A DNA stretch of 64,000 nucleotides from Octopus vulgaris (Eukaryota): positions 39,370,001-39,434,000 of the forward strand of contig OX597822.1 in NCBI GenBank assembly GCA_951406725.2. Direction: 5' to 3'. Position 1 is the stretch's first letter. Every line of letters begins with the position of its first letter. Under the pieces are notes generated by a model, which was given only the letters and a program-made list of their open reading frames with translations, made no database searches and was not told the DNA's origin. The position numbers were made by a program, and so were the translations under genes. This document shows, in pieces, positions 1 to 14,830 of this stretch.

Positions 1-10
1 CCTGCACCTA

Positions 11-47
11 ATATATATATGTGTGTGTATATATATATATATGTACA

Positions 48-95
<48 letters not shown>

Positions 96-115
96 TATAC
101 ACATGCATGTATGTA

Positions 116-166
<51 letters not shown>

Positions 167-290
167 GTATATATGTATATACATATATGTATGTATATAC
201 AAGTATGTGTATATATTTATGTATATATATATATATACAAGTATATATACATACGTATGTATGTGGTATATATATGTATATATATATGTG

Positions 291-345
<55 letters not shown>

Positions 346-843
346 ATATATGCACACATGTAGGCATATTCACATATGCATTAGCATGCGTACACTTACG
401 TCCACACACTTGCAAATGTGAATCTAAAGCGTGCGTGAACACGTGTTTATGAATGTCTGTGCATATATACACACGCATGCTTATATGTCTTTATACATAC
501 ACACGCGCGTACTTACATTATACACGCTGACGCACATACATACACTCACACACACACACACATGCATACGCCTGAATACTTTTAATAAAACTCACAAGCA
601 GACGGCTTTTTGCGTAATTGTTTGCGTGAACATGTATGTACTTATACATGCATTTACGTACTTATGCGCGTATGCGTATGCATGTCTCTCTCTCTCTCTA
701 TATATACATGCACGCATGTCTGCTATATATATATATATACATTATATATATATGCATGTATGTATGCATGTATCAATTTATGAATATATGTATGTTATAG
801 TATACTATGCATGTACTTTTGTATAAGTGTTTTCGTGTGAATG

Positions 844-903
<60 letters not shown>

Positions 904-905
904 GT
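11..905. repeat. Compound (TA)n/(TACA)n/(CA)n microsatellite
   Basis: Directly visible; ORFs here are YI/CV artefacts. Confidence 0.95.
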
Positions 906-1147
906 ACATATATGTTCGTGCAAACGATTGTTTGTGATTCTCTACATCTCTACCTGGGTCTCCATGACATACAAGTACCGGAAACTATTAAAAGGATTAT
1001 TTGAACAAAGCAGACGACATCTCAGAAAACGTAGACGTTACTTAAGTAGCCATTTTGCAAGAAACACACGTTTTCCCAATTTTCAATTATCTTCCCGCTA
1101 TTTTGTTTTAGCATTTATCATTTTTCCTCTTCATGTTGATTCTGCCA

Positions 1148-1610
1148 TTCTTCTTCTTCTTCTTCTTCTTCTTCTTCTTCTTCTTCTTCTTCTTCTTCTT
1201 CTTCTTCTTCTTCTTCTTCTTCTTCTTCTTCTTCTTCTTCTTCTTCTTCTTCTTCTTCTTCTTCTTCTCCTCCTCCTTCTTCTTCCACCTCCCCCTCTTC
1301 CTCCTGTTGCTCAGCTTTCAGTCAATTTTTTTCCTACTAATCATCACCCCCACCTCCCCGTCGCCTCCGCCGCCTCCTCCGCCTTCACCGCCACCGTCGC
1401 CAACGCCACTCTTTATACAAGCTACATATGTGCATACATATATGCGTTCAATATTATTACTATTATCATCACCATCATCATCATCGTCATCATTGTCACT
1501 ACTCACCATTACCACCATCACCACCACCACCACCACCACCACCACCACCACCACCACCACTACCGTCATCATCATCATCATCATCACCATTCTTCTTCAT
1601 TCTTCTTCGT
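1148..1610. repeat. (CTT)n then (CAT)n/(CAC)n microsatellites
   Basis: Directly visible. Confidence 0.95.
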
Positions 1611-2376
1611 ATTAGTATCCTATCTTCCATCATTATTATGTTTGATACATCTTATACTTCACTTACTTTGTCTTCGTTGCACCCACCCTGCCCGCAGGCA
1701 AACTCCCTCACTCCGTACCCGTCCCTTATTTACCGAACTACACCTCACCCTACATCCACCTTCACTCTGTACCCGTCCCCAGATACATTGAACCACGCCC
1801 AGCTGCCTGTCCTCTCCCCCTCTACCCAGACAGTAGATCCAGGAGATGAGTCCCAAATTACGTTGCTGTTTCTAATATCGTTACGGCACACCTTCTTTGC
1901 ACGCTATGCTAGAAACAACAGCCAAATCACACGCGACAATGTTTTAAATAATGGGGAAAGAAAGAAACAAATAACCAGATTAAATACATTATATAGAGAA
2001 AAGGCGAGTGGTTAATGGCTGGAAAACCTTTTGTCATACGTTTGGTCGACTGTATCCGGCGGATTTGTCGGAAACAACCTTCATAGTTCAACGGAGGGGA
2101 AGGCAGCTGCTGTAAAGAATTTTGGGATGCAAAGAGCAAGATGAAACAAAAATATGACATCTTGGTCATCCACTGCGTTCGCTTCCATCTCCAGTCGTCT
2201 TGATCTGGTCTTGCCACTGGACTGAAGATGGTCACCGACCGGAGAGTGTGCAACTCTTCTTCGTTTCAAACAGAATCTCTGCGCAAGTCATTAGTTAACC
2301 TTAAGGATGACTGAACGGTCATCGTTGCTCTGACGGACGAATCCGATGGTCACTCATAGCTGACCATCATTAAAAC

Positions 2377-2675
2377 CAGTGGTTTCCAAAATTGGAGGTA
2401 CTGCCCCTCCAGGGGGTGGGTAGAAAGATACTGGAGGTCTTTGAAGAAAAATGGGGCGACAACAGGGGTGACCAAAACGGGGCAATGAATGTCAAAAAAA
2501 CAAACAAACAAACAAAATAAAAGTTTAATTAGGTCAAGTTTTATTTGTGGAATATTGTTGTTTTGAATTTGCTACAGAGAAAGATCTGTCTATGACGGTG
2601 AGTGGGAGGGGGCGGAATAGGAATGTGGCCTTAGAATTAAGGGGTTGGTAGCCTGAAAAAGCTTCAGAACCACTG
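2377..2675. mobile_element. hAT (Charlie-like) MITE
   Basis: Ends CAGTGGTT...AACCACTG; 8-bp flanks ATTAAAAC/ATTAACAC consistent with a TSD. Confidence 0.75.
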
Positions 2676-2945
2676 ATTAACACAAATTTCATCGGTCACC
2701 TCTACATTACTGTATGAGGATATATTTAATCATATATAGACCCCGCTTGAGAACTACCGATCTACACAATCGTCGCTTAATACTATAGCACAACTCACAT
2801 AACATATTCTCTACACCAGAGTTCCCCAACCACCGGGCTGCGGGCCAGTACCCGGTCGTATAGAAAAAAATGAATTTAAAATTTTTATTCCTATTTTATG
2901 GGCTTTCGCAGTCTGAAGAGTCTTTTTTTTTGCATAATGAATGTT

Positions 2946-3181
2946 CAGTAATCCCGCGACTATCGCGGGTGTTACGTTCCAAAACCGCCCACAGAAATAA
3001 TTAAAATCTAAATAAACATAAATACCTATCACCCGCAGAAACCCGCGATATGCCGAGGAGTCCTCGATATAAAATTACATATATTAGCCAGAAAAATCCG
3101 CGATATACTGAGTGCGCGATAGGTGAACCGCGATGTGCTGAGTGCGCGGTAGTTGAACCGCGATATGGCAAGGGATTACTG
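2946..3181. mobile_element. Tc1/mariner-pogo (Tigger-like) MITE
   Basis: TIRs CAGTAATCCC...GGGATTACTG, TA on the right, internal GAACCGCGAT repeats. Confidence 0.7.
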
Positions 3182-3227
3182 TATTATCTATGTGCTATAT
3201 AACTGCAACTCCGTCGCTTACGACGAT

Positions 3228-3494
3228 GAGCAAGGAACAAAGGTAACGTTACCTTCTCGTCTCATACCGACTCACAAGGGCCGGTTTCCCTGTTTCGTGG
3301 TATATATACATTCACCATCTGGATGGGATGCTGCTCCGACGCAGGGTTATTCATTTTTGCCAGCTGAGTGGACTGAAGCAACGTGAAACGAAGTGTTTTG
3401 CTCAAGAACACAGCGTGCCGCCCGTCCAGGAATCGAAACCACAATCTTATACTACGAGTCCCACGTCCGTAACCACTAAGCCACGCGCCTCCAC
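3228..3494 (-). mobile_element. tRNA-derived SINE (family B) nested in another SINE
   Basis: Minus-strand A/B-box head; flanked by TTACGACGATGAG/TTATGACGACGAG; host SINE resembles 23170-23483. Confidence 0.75.
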
Positions 3495-3946
3495 TTATGA
3501 CGACGAGTCTTCTAGCTGATCCGATTAACGGAACAGCTCGCCCATGAAGTTGACATGCAAGTGGCTGTGTACTCCACAGACGCGTGTATCCTTAACGTAG
3601 TTCTCAGGGAGATTCAGTGTGACACAGAATGTGATAGAGCTGGACCTTTGAATTTCAGGTTCAACATTATTCTGAGGCAAAGATGAAAAAGCAGGAAAGG
3701 CTTAAGTAAATAACTTCAATTATCAAAATTTTCAGTTCTCCAATCTTCCTCATATTTCTTCTTTACATTTCTGTTATGGTGTTCTGGTTCATTTTTTTTG
3801 TTTTTGGTCAGTATCATGAAATTATCCGTGGTTTCGGCTCTGCCGCGTTAAACGGATCACTATTTATTTGATTCGTGTTACTACAATCTTCGTACTTTAT
3901 GTTCTCAATGCATTTACTTTCTTTTGTCGTTATTTACATTCTTTTT

Positions 3947-4322
3947 GCCCACGGCATATGGTGTAGTGGTTAAGAGCGTGGGTTACTAACCCCAAGATTC
4001 CGAGTTCGATTCCGAGCAGTGACCTGATAATAATAATAATAATAATGATAATAATAATAATAATAACATCCTTAAACAATCCTTATTCAGAGATCTTTTG
4101 AGCGTGAGGGGCTACTCGACCAGAAGAAAATTCTAACTGGGCCCCACCTGCAAGGTTATGCGCTGTTTATCTTGATATGAGATCACCATGTCGCGCACAT
4201 TTGGTTGTGATGCATGTGCCTGGTATACCCTTATCAGACGAGCAGTCATGATGGTTATATTGGGCTTGGTATATTTTACTCCAGTGTCACTTTGATGGCA
4301 TGAACTGCTCTCTCACATAATG

Positions 4323-4364
<42 letters not shown>

Positions 4365-4546
4365 TCGAAAAATACCTTAGGAATGAGAATCCAGTTTCGA
4401 AATTTCCCCAAAACACCTGATGAAGGCTGGAGGGTATATCAGCCGAAACGTTGTGTTAACAACAAACAAGATGAGGACAAATATCCGTCAAATGTAAATA
4501 ATGTAAATAATGTACATAATTCCTCATCTCTTAAATATAGAACTGT
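3947..4546 (+). mobile_element. tRNA-headed SINE-like element with (AAT)n and 3' hammerhead motif (contains insert ~4065-4320)
   Basis: A box TGGTGTAGTGG 3959-3969, B box GAGTTCGATTC ~4002-4012; 3' part recurs at 16405-16980; ~23-bp imperfect direct repeats 3912-3934/4547-4569. Confidence 0.7.
4412..4457 (+). ncRNA. Minimal type I hammerhead ribozyme
   Basis: aacac-CTGATGA-A-GGCTG(loop)CAGCC-GAAAC-GTT-gtgtt. Confidence 0.8.
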
Positions 4547-4984
4547 ATTTACTTTCTGTTGTTGTTATTGCGTTATTCCTTCTTGTAAAACATTCTATTT
4601 CGATTTCTGATATTTTTCTGGTCTTCAAAATGTATATTTTTATATTAGCTAATCCTTTTTTTTTAATACGCAGTTACTTTTAGATCAGAATTATTGTCTC
4701 TTCAAATTGTATAAAAGAATCTGGATGTGAAATATGCATCAAATATTTTCCCTCTTGTCTATTTATGATTCTCTCCAGATTTTATGGACATGTAAGGTCC
4801 GGCCCTTTATTTAAATTGTCATCATTATGTTGAGTAGCTATTTTTTTAATGCTTTAATTTGTTCGTACTTTTTCTGCATTAAGTTCCAAATAGGGATTCT
4901 CCTTTCAGCCTTAGTTTGAATGATATGTTTTGCTGTTGTTGTTATTGTCGTTGTTGTTATTTTTTTCATATACACTCAACAGAT

Positions 4985-6860
4985 TAGACTGTTGGAAAAG
5001 AAAACTTCCTAACATCGGGCTACAACAAGTAACCTTAGATGCCAAGAACCCTCCTACGTATCCTAGTAAACTTTCTTCCGTATTAGCTTACCTACATAAC
5101 AGTCTATATCAACTCTAGCTAACTCCACGCAGTCTTCTACTGATATTAATCCTCTTACACCATCTTATCTTTCAAGGTAAGTATAATTTTGTTACTCGTA
5201 CCCTTGGGTGGAGTCCTCCATTCATATTAAATTCCTTCTTAATTCTTCTGTCGACCTTTGCTAATTAAGTTTTTGTCCAATCTACAAAAACTGCCGAGTA
5301 TCTAAGTAATGATATTGTCCAAGTATTTACAGCCTTCACTAGATTCGGACCATTTAGCTTTGACCTCATTAGCTGCCTCACCCTTCTGATGTACTCCTTA
5401 ACTTTAGTTTTCATTTCTATAGTTAATACTCTGTCAGATTCTAATATTCCTAGATACTTATAACTCTTTCCTGCTTTCATTGATTTTAATGTCTGGCCAT
5501 CTAGTAATTGGATGCCTTTACTGTTGACTATCTGTCCCTTTCTCATTACTAATATTGCACACTTATCTATGCCAAATTCCATGCCTATATTTTTGCTGAA
5601 AAGTCTTACAGCCTGTATTAAGGAATCTATCTTTTTCATTCTTACTAAAACGCTTCAGATCATCCATGTGGAGCAAATGGTTAATTTTTCTCTTACTATT
5701 TCTAAACTTATACCCTGCCTTTGCCTTCCTTAATACTAAACTGATGGGGATCAACACGAGACAAATATAAAGGGGAACAACGAGTCCCCGTAAAAGATTC
5801 TGCTTTTGATATTAACATTCCCTAAGAATGTGTCACCTGAGTAGAGATCTACTTTCCTTTTCTTCATGCTAAAGCTAATTAATTCTCTTATGTTGTCTGC
5901 TATACTAGATATACTCAAACATTCACTTATCCATGAGTGTAGGATCATGTCATAGGATGATCATGTCCTATAATCTATCCATGCTATTGCTAGATATTTT
6001 GTCTAGCTTTTACTTCATTTAGAACTGCTTTGTCTATGTATAATAGATCATGCGTTCCTCTAGCCTTCTTCATTCAACCTTTCTGTTGGTCTGGCAGTAA
6101 ATTCTGGTTGTCAAGGTGCTCGTAAATGCTTTCTGAAAGCATTTCTGTTAACAACTTCTACACTAATGGTAAGCAAGTGATTAGTCTATAGTTACTGACT
6201 GTATTACCCTTGCTCTTATCTTTCATAATGAGTACTGTCCCTCCTCTAGTCATCCAGTCTGGTATTATTCCTCTATGAAGGCAATCCTGAAGTTGTTCCC
6301 TCAGCTTCCCATGTAAACTATTAAGTTTCTTTAGCCAGTACATTTGAACTAAATCTGGTCATGGGCCCTTCCAGTTCGGCATTTTCCCTAATACTTTACT
6401 CATTAATGCACTAGGTAGTCTTAGGTCTGATTGCTTCTCACTCACTACTTCTTCCCTCACTTTCTTTAACCATACTGCTTGACTGGCTTATCCCAAACAT
6501 TACTCCAGAACTTTCTAGCTTTTTCTGCATTAGGTATCTCATCTTCAGTACTTCGCTCGCCACTATTTTTTTTGTTTATAAAATTTCCTCTGGTCTGTCT
6601 CAGATTATCTATTCTGTTGATAGTGATCTATTCTTTTCTGATATCTGGAGAGCTTGCCTGCTACTGCTATGATACGCTCTTTCAACTCTTCTATTATTGT
6701 CCCAAATCCTTTCTTTTTAGTTAGTATCTTTTCTCGAGGGAAGATTTACATCTTGTTTCCTAACTTGTTCAGTTTCCGGGCTCCTATTCTACTCAGATCT
6801 TGTCTTAAAGTCTTCCCTTTATTTTGTAGTCTCATTTTCCACATTTGCTCTTTTTAAATA
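4985..6860 (-). pseudogene. Degenerate Dong/R4-like LINE, RT region (continues ~7715-7985)
   Basis: NYRLITCLP, HLLHMDDLKRF, GMEFGIDKC, YKYLGI, KLNGPNLVKAVNTW; frameshifted. Confidence 0.85.
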
Positions 6861-6865
6861 TTTTT

Positions 6866-7713
6866 AATCATACCAAGACAGTATGGAGGAAAAGGGACTT
6901 CTTTTGAAACCCCGCCAGATCAGTTGGTATTGCGCACAATGTTTAACTGATCTTGACTTTGCTGACGATCTTGCCTTGATATCCCATTGTATTAAAGATG
7001 CAGAATCTTTATTACAAGCACTGGAGAAAGCAGTAAGCCAGGTCGGCCTTTACTGCAATGAGAGTAAGACAGAGTTTATCACAACCTCCTCCAAGTTAAC
7101 TGAACTTGAATCGCTCAATAATATATCACTCAAAAATGTTGACGACTTCAAATATCTTCGATTACACATAGTAGATTCCCAAAAGGACTTTCGCATCCAC
7201 AACGCTCTTGCTTGAGATGTCTGTAACAGACTTGATAAGATCTGGCGCTCAAACCTTCCACACATGTTAAAAGTTAAAATACTTAGAACACTGAATGAGC
7301 CGGTCCTTCTCTATGGATCAGAGACCTTTAACATTTTCAGCTCTCTTAGAAAAACAACTTGATGGAACATAAACCGACCTGCTCAGTAATATATAGAACA
7401 TCAGTTGGAGATCACACCCAACACTTACTAACATCTACGGAAATCTTATACCAATATTCCCCAAGCTAAAGCAGAAACAGCTACAATTTACTAGCCACTG
7501 TCATCAAGCAGAGAAGGAGGTTATCTCATTCCTGCTCCTATGGCATCCCTCTGGAAGTATTTTCTCCAGGAAACTGACATTTTCAGATACTATATCTCGG
7601 GACTCAGGGTTGGATATTAAAGATCTGAACACAGCAATGCAGGACCGTGTAGTGTGGAAAGGGATTGTCAATGGAGTTCCGACCAATCATAGGTTGGTCG
7701 AAGGATGATGATG
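6866..7713 (+). mobile_element. 5'-truncated RTE-like LINE inserted in the Dong/R4 copy
   Basis: LTDLDFADDLAL, DDFKYL; (GAT)n tail; possible TATTTT TSD. Confidence 0.75.
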
Positions 7714-8000
7714 TATTTTCCCTAATCTTCTGATGACTACTACTCCTCTTGTATAGATCAATAAGTTAGTGTCTCCTATATTTTTTGCATCTATCCTACT
7801 GATAATAGAATCGATCTTCCTAGTCATTTCTAGTAGCTTCCTTCTGCTGGTGCTTTTTAATGCTGGCAATCTTTTTCTTACTTCTTTACTCATTACTTCC
7901 TGCAACTCGTCTAAAATCTTCTGATCTCCCTCACTTAAATCACTGGTGCCAGTTGTCCCTTCTTTATTGGTAGCGCTGTTATTATTTTCCAGTGTAAAAC

Positions 8001-8689
<689 letters not shown>

Positions 8690-10500
8690 GCTTTTGCACA
8701 GCTTCACACGCTGGAGATGTACTACGGTGTTGTCAGCTGTTCACTACCGGTGAACTAAGGTAACACCTTTTATTTTTCGAGTACCTTCCGGAGTATTCGA
8801 GCGGTTCCAAGCAGTGCTGTTTTCTGCAGGTGCTCCACCCTTATTGCAGCCCCCATTTCCACGTACTTCTCGAGATTTTTGCTCACTCTTCAAAGGGCTC
8901 CGACAATTATTGTTACTACTGCCACCTTTTTCATCGACCACAATTGCTTAACTTTCCAAGCTAACCTGTCATATCTATCAACTTTTATTTCTTCCTTATC
9001 GCATACTTTGTTGTCAGCTGGGCATGCTATATCTATGATCCGGCATAGTTTGTCTTCTTTCTCAATTAAGACTATGTCTGGTTTCCTATTCTCTATCTCA
9101 TGGTCGCACGGAATCATAAAATCCCATAGGATCTTTGCATTTCTATTTTTCGACGATGCCTTCAGGTTTGTGGTCGTACCAATTTTTTGGTCTGTCAAGT
9201 CCATATTTGTTGCAAAGTGTCCAATAGACGAGCCTGGCTATATTGTCGCGGCATCTCTTATATTCCTTCTAGGCTACTGGCGTACATTGGCTGGTAATAT
9301 GCCATATGGTTCCACCATTTTGTCCACAGATTCTGCACTTATCACTTTCTGCTGTGCTGTCTATTCTGTATTTCATGTAGTTTGTTCTTAATGCTTGCTC
9401 TTGGGCTGCACAGATTAGAGCCTCCGTTTCCGTTTTTAAATCACTTTTAGTCATACACAACCATCTTTTTTCTCTGTCTGTCTTATCTTAAATATCTCTA
9501 TGAAATTGACTATGCATTCTTGTCTTTACCCACATCTATTCGGTTTCATTCATTTTCAATTTCTTGTATAGTGCTTTATCTTTGCAATCTTTCATCCTAC
9601 ACAAACCTGACCTTCTTACTTCTAATAATAGTGGTTGTGTGGCATTTTTTTTTATATACCATGCTATGCTGTTTTCTTCTGCTTTAATGCTGTGTTCGCA
9701 TCCAATAAGTCCTCTTCCCCCTCTTTTTCTTGGTACATACAGTCTGTACCATATTTAGTAAGCAACTTCCTTGCCTTTCTGTCTAAGCTGTTTAATCCAT
9801 CTGCTGTCCATACGATTATCCTTGCTCCATATCTAAGGAGTGAAATCGTCCCGGTGTTGATAGCTTCGATCTTATTCAGTCCGTTTAATTTCGACTTAAG
9901 GAACAGTCTCAGTCTGCACAAGTACTCCACCTTAAACGTTTCTGTTATTTCTTTCTCCATCAATGTATCTATTTCCCAAATTCCCAAGTACTTATAGCCT
10001 ATCTCTTCTATCTGCTTCATAACCTCCCCCGCCCCCGTCCATACATTTGATTTTGCCTCTCTTCAAGACTAACACACCACACTTTCTCAGTCCGAACTCT
10101 ATTCTGATATCAGCACTGAAGGTATACACCGTATCAACGAGGGAACTGATTTGGGCTTCATCTTTACCATAAAGTTTGAGGTCATCCATGAGTAACAAAT
10201 GGTTGACTTTTTGTTGGTGGCTTTTAAATATATACCCAGGTTTTACTTTCCTCAGAATCAGTGTTAGTGGTATCAAGCACAGTACACAGATCAGTGGGGA
10301 CAGGTAGTCCTATTGGAAGACGCCCCTTCTAATTTCTACTGTCCCTAAACTTCTTCCGTATGCTGTCAGGTTCGTCCTTCAATTCGCCATACTTTTTCCA
10401 AGCAATCGCTCAACATTCGATGCAATACCAAATAGGTTCATACACTCCATAATCCAAGAATGTGGGATCATATAGTACGCCTTACGATAGTCGGTCCATA
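8690..10500 (-). pseudogene. 5'-truncated Dong/R4-like LINE (RT, CCHC, RLE)
   Basis: HLLLMDDLKLY, ETEALICAAQEQAL, CRICGQ..HI..QC, NRKPDIVLI..IIDIACP. Confidence 0.88.
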
Positions 10501-10599
10501 ACAACCCTAACCCTAACGTCACCACAGCGATGGCGACAACAACGACGTGGACCACAAGAACTAACACTACCACCGCCTGCACCACCGGCACCATCAAAG

Positions 10600-11430
10600 T
10601 AGCAGCAGCAGCGACACGACGACGACGACGACGACGACGACGACACCCACCACCACCACCACCACCACCACCACCACCACCACCAATACTCGAAGCAGCT
10701 ATAGAGCCTCTACATTTTCACCCAGCCTGCGAGAAATAAAAGCCATATCGCCCTTAAATCACTCCTTACCATCGTAGAAAGAAACCCGTTGAATTATGCA
10801 ATCCGAGTTCGATGCATACAAACCGAAGACGAGATGGTCAGAAATGGAATGCCTTCGATCATTGATATATTCGATCTGGGCTGAGTTGGGACGAAACAAC
10901 AATAATAATAGTAACAATGAACATTTCAACTTTAACACCAACAAAACCATCGCTGCTACCACTACCAGCCACCACCAACCCCACCACCACCAGCACCAGC
11001 ACCCCCTTATTACCACCATCACTACTGCTATTTCCACCACCATCACCACTGCTATCACGAATGTCACCACCATCAACACCACAGACACCACCATCACTAC
11101 CACATCCACCACCACCAACACAACCATCATCGCCACCACTACAACCACATCACCACCACCACCATCACAACCACTATCGCCAGCACCACAACCACCAGCA
11201 CCACCAGCACCACCAGCACCACCGCTACCACCGTCCCCATCGTCCCCACCACCAGCACCAGCACCACCATACCACCACTACCGCCCCACCACCTCACCGT
11301 CACCCCCACCACTACCACCATCACGACCACCACCAACAGCCATTCATACACCTATCCTATGTCTGGCACCGACACCCTCTTCGTTTCCTCCTCCATCTCC
11401 GCCTCACCCTCCCACTCCACCTCCTCCTTG
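10600..11430. repeat. (CAC)n/(GAC)n low-complexity region
   Basis: Directly visible. Confidence 0.9.
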
Positions 11431-12093
11431 TGTTTTTAAATATTTTTGCAAGGGGTGGTGGCGGGGGTGAGACTGGGTTCCATTCTTTGACGACTTCCAA
11501 TTACGAGCAATCTTATTCCTCCTCCTCATCCTTCTCCTCTTTCTTCTTCCCCCTCTTCCTCGTCTTCCTAGTCTTCTTTCTTATCCATGGGCACCCTGTC
11601 GATGGAACCTACCCGCCTTCCAACCTACACCAGCAAAAATAAAAAAACAAAAACCAATAAAGAAACCACAATAAAGAAAAAAAAGAGATGCAGAGGAAAA
11701 GACTTAGAGAAGAGAGAGTGGAAAATATGAAACCATAATACAAAGCGGCAAACAACTGAACAGACAGACAGACAGACAGAAAGCGATACTGAGAGAGAGA
11801 GAGAGAGAGAGAGGAGGAGGAGGAGGAGGCGCTGAGGAGAAAGCAAAAAGAAAATAATCCAAAAAAATGTGGGTTTTGTGCAAAATAATAGTTGTTCTCT
11901 TTATAGATGTTGCCGAAAGATGTTGACTAGACAAGCACGACCTGTAGATGAGGATGAATGGAGCGAGATGTTGACGAGCATGGATGACTAGAATCCCGCT
12001 GGATGTGATGGGTAGATCTCCCCCCCTGTCAATATGTCGGTGGCGCGTATGTATGTATGTCCATGTATGTATGTCCATGTATGTATGTGTGTA

Positions 12094-12144
<51 letters not shown>

Positions 12145-12289
12145 CACACACATAATATATATATACATACATATATATGGCTATATACGCATATACTTGT
12201 TATACACATACATACATACATATATATTTATGTGTATATGTATATAATATATATGTATATATATTATATATGTATATATATATTATATA

Positions 12290-12337
<48 letters not shown>

Positions 12338-12404
12338 TCTTACCCTTTTGCTCTTTTAATCTTTTCAGCCATGCGACTGCGGTCAAGCTGGAGTACCACC
12401 GTGG

Positions 12405-12690
12405 TCTTTGGGGTGCTTCACATCCCCACACCTGTGTGCGCCTTTGCCCCTGCTGTTGGCCCATTTGGTATATAAGGGAGTTTGATTCCACTTCACTCGT
12501 ATATACGTCATGTCGGGCTGTTGGTTTATCTGGTATTGTGGAGAAGAGGATGTCTAGTTCCTTTTTGAAGATATCTACTTCTGCCTTATGCCAATTTCTT
12601 AATTTTATTTGGCAGGGCATTGAAGAACTGTGGGTCTTTGAACTCTAGACTATTGCAGTATTTGCTCCTGCATTTAGACAGAGCGGATGG
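12405..12690 (-). mobile_element. 3' fragment of L2/CR1-group LINE
   Basis: FKDPQFFNALP then LRN..VDIFKKELD...IPDKP. Confidence 0.6.
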
Positions 12691-14382
12691 TATATATATA
12701 CAAAATAAGAAAATGGAGAAATACATCCAAATCAAATATAAACTACCAGATAATACCCAATCACATACTTTATTAAACCACCACATAAGAAACTTTAAGG
12801 TCAAACATAATAATATAGAACAAAACAGTGTACATAAAGGAGTAATATGATACAATAAGTACAATATGTATATGAGAATATAAATATAAATAAATATAAA
12901 TATAAATATAAATAACATCTTACAGCTGTTTCGGCCATGCAGATAAGTATGTCTCATTTTACTTATATTAGCCATTTGTGGTAGGTCAATATGTAGTTAT
13001 AAATGAGACATTTACAAAAATATCCTAAGGCGTCTTTGGAGATTATGAAATACAAACCAAATTACATATACACTTATATAAGTGTGGGTACATACCAATA
13101 ATAAATCATATACATATACATATGAGTGCATATACTCCTACACATACTCCTATACATATACATATACATATACATATACGTAATAATATAAATAATATAA
13201 ATCAATAAACATACATATGTTCCATATTCAATGTTACAGTTTTTCAACTTAATATTGTGATATTACAATGTAGAAAACATACACATATTAATACCCAAAT
13301 GCAGATATACAGAGTCAAGAGTACATTATATTAATTTATATTAATTTACAAAATGTCATTAATGTTAACATCATTACCATTATCACTACCACTAATGCTA
13401 CCAATATCATTATTCTTATTATTAATAACACTAATACTAGTAAAATAAAATATAGATCCCATTATTAGCAATATAATAGCAAAACTAAGGACCACAATAG
13501 TACTATAGTACCATGCAAAGCATTAAATATCTGCATATATATACAAAATAAGAAATAAAAGCATTCTGTTTACATGATATTAAGATCCACAGGTGCATAG
13601 ATGTACATACGAGTTCAAATTTATAATTTCAATAGTGACACAAACACAGTATTACGTTCAGAAATAGTTACGAATCTAGCGCTAAAATATGATTGGCTTG
13701 TACATTTAAATTTAAATTACAATTGTCTTCTTTACGGTTGGTTTGTTGAGAAACATCCACACACGTACACTTGCAAACGTGCGCCCACACGCACATACAC
13801 AGACAAATCGCAACATAAGAAATACCAGCCCCCCCTCCCACATGTTTACATACAGATCTACTCACATATATCCATAAAAATGCGTACATGCAAGCACACA
13901 GACAACTATACCTAGTCGAAGTACGTTATTATGATAAGATACATAATTAAAATAACACCGTATATTTCGTAAACAAATTATCTTGCCACTGAAACTTCTA
14001 TATTGTTGCATTTCTACTAAACCAGTACAGGCATGGGAAAACTATACCAACATTTATATACACACACACGCACATCCGCACATATACATAAACATTTATA
14101 CACTCTCATGCACTGTGTTTGCAAACATTCGCATATACATATATACATATTTAAATATGTATTTGCGTACTCATACGTATAAGAAAAACATATACATATA
14201 TATCCACCCATGAATATACATATACATACAAAAACATACATACACATACATATACATATGAACACATTTCGACATATCCACATATATTTACTAAATTACA
14301 AAATATATGTCTGTCCATCAAAGGACGTATAAATAAACCAGCACAGGCATGGGAAAACGATACCAACATTTATATACATATA

Positions 14383-14546
14383 GTCGCAGGAGTGGCTGTG
14401 TGGTAAGTAGCTTGCTAACCAACCACATAGTTCCGGGTTCAGTCCACTGCGTGGCATCTTGGGCAAGTGTCTTCTGCTATAGCCCCGGGCCGACCAATGC
14501 CTTGTGAGTGGATTTGGTAGACGGAAACTGAAAGAAGCCTGTCGTA

Positions 14547-14628
<82 letters not shown>

Positions 14629-14830
14629 TGTGTTTGTCCCCCTAGCATTGTTTGACAACCGATGCTGGTGTGTTTACGTTCCCGTTATTTAGCGGTTCGG
14701 CAAAAAAGAGACCGATAGAATAAGTACTGGGCTTTCAAAGAATAAGTCCCGGGGTTGATTTGCTCGACTAAAGGCGGTGCTCCAGCATGGCCGCAGTCAA
14801 ATGACTGAAACAAGTAAAAGAGTAAAAGAG
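14383..14830 (+). mobile_element. SINE family A (tRNA-derived, central TA/TG microsatellite)
   Basis: Head GCAGGAGTGGCTGTGTGG, AGTAAAAG tail; many copies in window. Confidence 0.9.

Noticed and set aside
19-1791. Long ORFs rich in YI, L, H, P
   Set aside because: Translations of microsatellites
2216-2250. CTGAAGA followed by a GGTC/GACC hairpin
   Set aside because: No GAAA or stem I closure; not called an HHR
10503-10517. AACCCTAACCCTAAC telomere-like repeat at a LINE 5' junction
   Set aside because: Only ~2.5 units; could be chance
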